This document shows positions 61,549 to 64,000 of a DNA stretch of 64,000 nucleotides, piece by piece. Origin of the DNA: Isurus oxyrinchus (Eukaryota); the NCBI GenBank assembly GCA_026770705.1, contig JANJGN010000009.1:78802001-78866000 (forward strand). The letters are read 5' to 3'. Every line of letters starts with the position of its first letter. The first letter of the stretch is position 1. The notes beneath the pieces are model-generated. The model worked only from the letters and a program-made list of their open reading frames with translations, ran no database searches and had not been told where the DNA came from. The position numbers and the translations under genes are program-made.

Positions 61549-62839
61549 CAAGTTGTTGTTGTGGTCTGTAGTAATAATAAAGTTAATTAAGGAAGAGTTT
61601 TTTTCTGAAAAATTATGTTCATACTGATTTACAATATTCTTGTGTAAATTACTTTTACTTAAGCTCTGAACATGCCAAACCTAAAGAAAGATCATGAATT
61701 CTGCAAATCTCAAATAAAAACAGAAAACATTGGAAATGTCCTGCAGGTGAGATAGCATCCAAAAAAAGAAAAGACAGGTTAATGTTTCAGATGTGAACGC
61801 TCAGCAGATATTCATCTCCACCCAAAACAATCTACCCTTTTCTTTTAGATACTGATGAACTTCTTCTACTTAATGGAACGGGGAATGATAAATGATGGCC
61901 TTTTTTTAAAAAAAGAACTATGAATTTTAACAGAATGTGTACTTAACTAATGTTGCAGCTCAAATTTTCTACTCCCTTGACCCTGAATAATTTTTGTGAC
62001 ACGTAAAATTAATAATAAATGTATCAACAGGATATGAAAATATCAGACTAGTGCAAAGCACATTCATAGTGTTTCCATGGAAACCAGCAGTTCACTGGTG
62101 AAAGCTCTCATCATTCTCCATACAATGTTTGTTTTTCATTTCCCCAGCAGCTGCAGCTGGCATGTGTTGTTCCCAGGCAAACACACACTGCCGTACCAGC
62201 CACCTGGATACAATGGACATTTGTGCTCTGGTCCATCTCCTGTGCATGCCATTGATGGGCACCTGATACTTGCTCACGCCAGCTGCTTTATTTTTCATTT
62301 CTACCCATCTTTCCCCTCTCCTGAAGAGGCTGAGTCTTACGTAATTATAGAAATGTTACTGTAGGAGGAGCATCCAGCATGCCCCTGTGCCAGAGCTATC
62401 TACTTGCTCTTTTCCCCAGACACTTTGGGAAGAATTTTCCACTCCCACCAGCGGCGGGAATCATGGCAGGTGGGGACATTAAATTTGGTGTGATGGAAGA
62501 AATCAATTTTCCGTCGGTGAGAAATTAGTTTGGGATTTTGTTCTCCCGACTTTGATGGTGGGTTAAAGGCAGGTCGAGTTTCCCACTGATCTATGTCAGC
62601 ATCCACATTTGCATACCACATTTTCTCTACCAATCAGAGTCTATTTGACAACCAATCAGCTTCTCTTCTCATACAGTATAAAGTTGTTGCTTCCCCGACA
62701 TTGATATTCTTGCAATGTCCTGAGGGTAATGGGGAAGTCTGGATAGTGATAGCAGGAAGGAGAATTAGAGGACCATGAGTATGGAGGAGAATGGGGGGAA
62801 ACTTGGTGGGAGTTGGGGAAGGTTGGAAGCTGGTCTCCC

Positions 62840-63110
62840 AGACCAAGAGATGAGGAAAAATTTCTTCATTCACAGGGTGGTCAACCTGTGGAATTCTCTA
62901 TCACAAAAAGGCTGTGGAGGCTGGGCCGCTGAGTATATTCAAGAAGGAAATTGATAATTTTTGGATATTAGGGGCATCAAGGGGTATGGAGAGAAAACGA
63001 GAATATGGTGTTGAGATAGAGGATCAGCGATGATCATATTGAATGGCGGAGCAGGCTCGAAGGGCTGAATGGCCTACTCCTGCTCCTAATTTCTATGTTT
63101 CTATGTTTCT
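62840..63110 (+). mobile_element. CR1 3' end
   Basis: EMRKNFFIHRVVNLWNSL and tail ctcctaatttctatgtttctatgtttcta. Confidence 0.88.
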
Positions 63111-64000
63111 ATTACAAAGATCAGCAAAACCATTTTCGATCTCGCCTTCCAGTGACACAGTTAGAAAATCAAGCCAGGAAAAAAATCAATCAAGGAGGGG
63201 AGCCTAGGCACTTGGAAGTTCAGCACAGCAATTCTTGGCTGATTGAAGGAGCATCCTATAATTGCCTTGCTCAAACCATGGAAAGCATTGGTCAGCTGGG
63301 TGTTGGACTCGAGGGTCTAATGCACAATGAATGAGTTGGCTCCTTTATTAATGGTGCACATTCAGATGAGAATCCATGATGTTTAGGTGCGGTGGTGCAT
63401 ATGGTCTTGATTGGCATCTGGTCCTTACAGAGTCATGTCAGAATGGATGTACGGTTAAAAAAATCAATGGGCACATCTGCAGTGCAAAGGCAGCATAGGC
63501 CCTACAAGTTTCCATGTTCCCAGTGCAAAACTCATAGCATTCATGGCACTATGCTTGTAATCAGGACATAAGTACAAGGATTGAGTATCCATCATTACTT
63601 TCAAGGCCACTGAAGGACAACCAACACAAGGCTGACAGTGACTCCTAGGACTTGAGACTTTGGACCCTAATTAAGACACTCATTGTGAATGTGCAATCAC
63701 ATCTGAGGGCAAACCTCAGATGCGTGTCGTCCTCCAGGGTGATATCATCCTTCAAGGGGTTGGCCTTGGTATGCAATGTGCAGACTGAGGGAAAGTCAAA
63801 GGTTGGAGACTATATTCTTGCCTTCTACGTGGAGCTACTGTTGATTGCTCAATTGTATCCATTCGCAGATACAAGGAGGAGCAGAGAATGCAGGCTGCAG
63901 GCAATGCAGCCTTCTGGATAGTTTTGATTAGTATGAGGAGAAGAAGGGCCTGTTGCCAATTGGCACAGCTCAGGGAAGGCCATCACCCTGAAGAACAAGA

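Noticed and set aside
59468-64000. Signal-peptide exon 1 of the EVA1C-like gene
   Set aside because: No convincing ATG plus hydrophobic segment with a phase-1 donor was found; it is probably beyond the window.
1-64000. CRISPR arrays or prokaryotic operons
   Set aside because: The sequence is vertebrate, with spliced genes; no repeat-spacer array was seen.

Overview
Vertebrate genomic DNA, most likely from a shark or other elasmobranch, judged from its repeat families. Two spliced genes converge tail to tail. On the + strand is the 3' part of OCRL: six coding exons between 3817 and 25832 covering the ASH and RhoGAP-like domains. These include the 24-nt microexon 18a and a U12-type intron, followed by a probable ~3.7-kb 3' UTR. 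On the - strand is an EVA1C-like gene with seven coding exons between 59467 and 39804, encoding two SUEL/Gal-lectin domains, a transmembrane helix and a FAM176-type tail; its first exon was not found. Introns and intergenic DNA are full of mobile elements: CR1, L2-like and RTE LINE fragments, Deu-domain and tRNA-derived SINEs, Penelope-like elements, Harbinger remnants with a MITE family, Gypsy remnants and solo LTRs. Three observations stand out. First, a family of minimal hammerhead ribozymes with a non-canonical CUGUYGA core sits in the Penelope pLTRs, two of them in sense orientation in one EVA1C-like intron. Second, a CR1 insertion splits an OCRL 3' splice site and appears to supply a new branch point. 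Third, the EVA1C-like gene may be a paralog absent next to mammalian OCRL. All calls were made by eye, without database searches; repeat boundaries are approximate.
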